Position numbers and translations under genes: made by a program. A stretch of 64,000 bases of DNA from Blepharisma stoltei ATCC 30299 (lineage: Eukaryota; Protista; Ciliophora): assembly GCA_965603825.1 (NCBI GenBank), contig CBFDEM010000050.1:62001-126000 (forward strand). The letters are read 5' to 3'. Positions 60,579 through 64,000 of the stretch are shown here, one piece after another. Every line of letters starts with the position of its first letter. Within the stretch, counting starts at the first letter, position 1. The notes beneath the pieces are model-generated. The model searched no databases. It was not told the DNA's origin and saw only the letters and a list, made by a program, of their open reading frames with translations.

Positions 60579-61700
60579 CTATAAATCTAATAAATTCACA
60601 TTTTGGACTTCCTTCTTTGGCTCAACTTTTTGAACCATAGGGACACTTAAATTTGCGAGATTTTGCTTATTTTCATTATCTGGCCCAAAAAGTCCATCAG
60701 AAAAGATATTGATGCTGTCCACATAGCTGGAATTTAAATGTTCCCTGTTTTTATTGTCGTCATATATAAGCTCTTCCTCACCAGTCTTTATTAATAAATT
60801 CCCTATTTTTGCTTGGCTACTTATACTTTCACATTGTAAAGTGTTGTAAAAGAAAATGGCAATTGAGTCTAACACATATTGAGGTCTTGCACTGTTGTGG
60901 TCACCTTCTACTATTGATAAACTCTTATCGCCTGCATATTTTGCATATAAATCATGGGTATGACTTGGGCTTATTAGCATGTCTCCATTAGCACAGATAA
61001 ACATTGCAGGGATAAAACATTTGTTTACGTGGTCTATAGGCTCTAAGTCATTTATATTAAACCCAGCTTTTTTTTTGATTGTTTTTCTTATCATTGACTT
61101 TGCGACTGAGACAATAAACCCAGGAATTTTTGAGTACGTTCTTGCTAGCTCGTCTGAGAGTCGACTTAAAGAACAAAATGGGCTATCAATAACCATTCCT
61201 GCAATAGAGGGATCCCTATCTCCATGCAGTAATGAAGTAGCTGCTCCCATACTTCTGCCCCACAATCCAATACAAGAGACTTTCCCTGAAACCCTCAAAA
61301 ATTCCACCACAGTTGATAGATCATCTCTTTCATACCAGCCAAGCGAAATAAAATCTCCTTCTGAAAGTCCTGAGCCAGAGGTATCTAAACAGAAAACTGT
61401 AATGTTCACTGGCAGAAGGACTTGAGTAGCAGTGAGTGCTTCAAGTCTCGAACTGCTGTTTCCATGGAGATAAATTACACAAGGCAGTTTTTCTGAAACT
61501 CTTTCTTCGCGGATTGGTTCAAAATGAGAGCAGGCAAGCCGAAGTCCTCGAGAATTGTAAAGATCAAGATCTGTTCGCTGAAATGTTTTATTTTCCAATG
61601 AAAATTCAGCTGGGCCGAGATCTAGGGGGTCATATACTTCTCGTGGAGGTCTGATTATTGCTTTTCAAAGTTCTTCGTAGCCTTTTTTCAAAAATGACAT
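60579..61700 (-). CDS. Alpha/beta hydrolase (hydrolase_4/YqkD-like)
   Basis: GYEEL(W)KAIIRPPR, YLHGNSSSR, GSGLSEG..ISLGWYE, WGRSMGA nucleophile, GDHNS.RP. Confidence 0.92.
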
Positions 61701-61864
61701 TATTTAAATTTGTATTATAAATCGAAAAAAAATACTAAAATTCATTGTTATGAAACTCTAAATATGCTAATAATGCTTTTAATCTTATTTTATGATGTTA
61801 AAATAAATTAATTACCAATTGTACCATTTAAATAAATTACTTTATATTTAATTAACTCTTGAAA

Positions 61865-64000
61865 TTATTGTTCTGATACTGCCAATTCTTCTTTACCCTT
61901 CTCTTTTTCCAAAATTTTTATTTTTTCTTCCTGTTCTTTAATAATCCTCTCTTTTTCCAGCAAATCCTCCTCATACATTTGGATTATATTTTTATAGTCC
62001 TGTGTCAAAGGTGCTTCAGTTTTCATTTTTATAATAGAATCAAAACTTGAAGCCCCAAATAAGCTTTCTTCTCCGAATGCAAATGACGAAGACTCCTCAG
62101 GTATTTCAACAATACTTTCTTTATGTATTTTAGGGGAGCCTATATAATTTTCTAATATATCAGATTTACTATGCCTAGGACTGCACATTAGCATTCTTGA
62201 TTTAAATTCAGAAAACACTTGCTTTATAGAATCAGCCAGCTTGCTTGGGTCTGACTCAGCTATTTGTGGCTCAATTTTATCGACTAAACTTTTTAATCTT
62301 TTATTTTCCCTTCTTATAATCCCGTTTTCTTTGGTCAAATTATCAATATTTGCAGTGAGCTCTTCATGCAAAAATTCATCTTGTTTTTGGATCTCTAAAT
62401 TATCTTCAGACCTGCTTTCTTTAAGTGCAGCAATTTCTAGCTCAGCTTTTTCTTTATATTCTGTATGCTCCTCACGCAGTTTTTGTAGCTCTAAACTTGA
62501 AATTTCCAGCTCTTTTGTAATTGAGTCAACTATTGTTTCCAATTGAGATTTTTCAAATTCTAATCTATTTATTTCTTTTTTAAATTTTTTTATGTCCTCA
62601 AACATTTGTTTGATGCTTTCAGTGTATTCTTGCTCAATTTTTATGATTTTTTCGTTATTTTTTTCTTCCTCTTCTTGGATTTTATTATAAAGTTCTGCAT
62701 TTAATGCCTTGATTTTTTCCAGCTCTTCTTTTAAGCTAGCCTCTTGATTTTCACTTGTTAAGTTATTGATTTTGTTTTTAAGTTTTGCGTTTTCTTCAAT
62801 TAGGCTTGAGACTTGGTTCATTTTGTTGTCCATTGAGGACTTCATAAGCCTTTCACGACTTTCATATTTTGTAGAAATTTCGTCAAATTGCAGCTTTAAT
62901 TTTTCAGCTTCTTCTTCATGCCTTTGGTTTGATTTGTGTGCTTCATCAGTAAGACGAATATTTTCTATCATTAGCTCTTCACATTTTTTTTGGAGTGATG
63001 CGACGCTTGCTATTTGAGATTTTAGATCATCAATTTCATCTTGATGCTTATTACACTGCATTATTAATTTATCTCTGGTTTCCAATAGCTTAGCTTTTTC
63101 AGTCTCTAAAGATGACTTAACTTTATTTAAATCATCTTTTTCTGATAGCAATTTTTCATGGTCAGCTGAAATTTTTGCTATTATAAAGCCTAGGTCTGCT
63201 TTTTCTTTTTCAAGTTTAGAGATTTTTTGAGGTAACTCTTCGACTTTGCTTAGCATTAAGTTTAAATCAGATTTTTCTTTTTCTAGCTTCGCTATTTTTT
63301 GTGGATATTCTTCAGCTGATATTTTATTTAGAGTTGAAGCAAGCTCAGATTTTTCTTTTTCAAGCTTGGATATCCTTTGAGGATATTCTTCATTTGAAAA
63401 TTTATTCACGATAGAACCAAGCTCTGATTTTTCTTTTTCAAGTTTTGCGATTCTCTGAGGAAAATCTTCAGATGACAAATTTTTGATTACTGATTTTAAA
63501 TCAGAATTTTCTTTTTCAAGTCTTGCAATTTTTTGAGGATATTCTTCAGCTGAAAAGTTGTTTATGACTAAATTAAGGTCAGATTTTTCTTTTTCAAATT
63601 TCATAAGTTTTTGGAGAAGCTCCTGTGAAGGAGCCTCAGTCTTTCGGCAATTTTCTAATTGGGATTTTATGGATTCTATTTGGTCTTTTAAAGCATTTAT
63701 TTGAAGCTTTAGACTGTTATTTTCTGATTCTAAGCCGATTGATTTTTCTTTAAGCTGAAGGAAAGAAGAGACATTGCTGTTTCTAATTGACCAAGCTGTT
63801 TGAAATTTTAAAAATTTGGCCAGCAATTTGTTTGGAGCGGATAATAATTTCTCACTTTTTAATAAAATCAGTTTTAGTTGATTTTCAAAGTGACTTTGAA
63901 CTGAAAGGATTTGGTTTTGGATCTGAGTTACGGTATATTCACCAACAGCCAAAACTTTTAAATTTTTTATTTTTTCTTTTTGTTTTGCAACCTTAATTGA
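61865..64000 (-). CDS. Large coiled-coil protein with 26-aa tandem repeats (5' end outside window)
   Basis: Frame is open to position 64000; E/K/L-rich. Confidence 0.85.
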   Translation of the reverse strand, partial: SIKVAKQKEKIKNLKVLAVGEYTVTQIQNQILSVQSHFENQLKLILLKSEKLLSAPNKLLAKFLKFQTAWSIRNSNVSSFLQLKEKSIGLESENNSLKLQINALKDQIESIKSQLENCRKTEAPSQELLQKLMKFEKEKSDLNLVINNFSAEEYPQKIARLEKENSDLKSVIKNLSSEDFPQRIAKLEKEKSELGSIVNKFSNEEYPQRISKLEKEKSELASTLNKISAEEYPQKIAKLEKEKSDLNLMLSKVEELPQKISKLEKEKADLGFIIAKISADHEKLLSEKDDLNKVKSSLETEKAKLLETRDKLIMQCNKHQDEIDDLKSQIASVASLQKKCEELMIENIRLTDEAHKSNQRHEEEAEKLKLQFDEISTKYESRERLMKSSMDNKMNQVSSLIEENAKLKNKINNLTSENQEASLKEELEKIKALNAELYNKIQEEEEKNNEKIIKIEQEYTESIKQMFEDIKKFKKEINRLEFEKSQLETIVDSITKELEISSLELQKLREEHTEYKEKAELEIAALKESRSEDNLEIQKQDEFLHEELTANIDNLTKENGIIRRENKRLKSLVDKIEPQIAESDPSKLADSIKQVFSEFKSRMLMCSPRHSKSDILENYIGSPKIHKESIVEIPEESSSFAFGEESLFGASSFDSIIKMKTEAPLTQDYKNIIQMYEEDLLEKERIIKEQEEKIKILEKEKGKEELAVSEQ
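63161..63595 (-). repeat. 78-nt (26-aa) coding tandem repeat, about 5.5 copies
   Basis: EKEKSDL.....FSAEEYPQKIA.L units starting at 63595, 63517, etc.; one unit is 2 aa shorter. Confidence 0.88.

Noticed and set aside
63161-63595. CRISPR-like or mobile-element repeat
   Set aside because: In-frame protein-coding repeat without unique spacers; no cas, transposase or terminal inverted repeats seen in the window

Overview
Gene-dense, AT-rich eukaryotic DNA that reads as a heterotrich ciliate macronuclear contig, most likely Blepharisma. The diagnostic signs are that in-frame TGA falls at conserved Trp positions, every completed gene ends in TAA/TAG, and the introns are 15-nt GTAA...TAG. Re-reading with UGA=Trp merges the fragmented ORF track into about 37 protein genes plus two tRNAs (Glu-TTC, Leu-AAG). 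Recognisable genes include a DNAH1-like axonemal dynein heavy chain, LC8, condensin CAP-D2, PI4-kinase, AidB-like acyl-CoA dehydrogenase, SSRP1/POB3, PCNA, CorA, ODR-4, SINA E3 ligase, Myb, a CCT-domain protein and a Rab. Best candidates for novelty: (1) a bacterial-chemoreceptor-like TM-dCache-TM-HAMP membrane sensor whose output is TPR + vWA instead of a kinase/MCP domain; (2) an E2F-like GGCG motif 9-12 nt upstream of the ATG of the three replication/chromatin genes; (3) gene-specific avoidance of UGA-Trp; (4) a VSR-luminal/RING-H2 chimera; (5) a tRNA-Glu with C33. No mobile elements, CRISPR, rRNA or telomere arrays were seen. All family assignments are from motif recognition by eye, not database searches.
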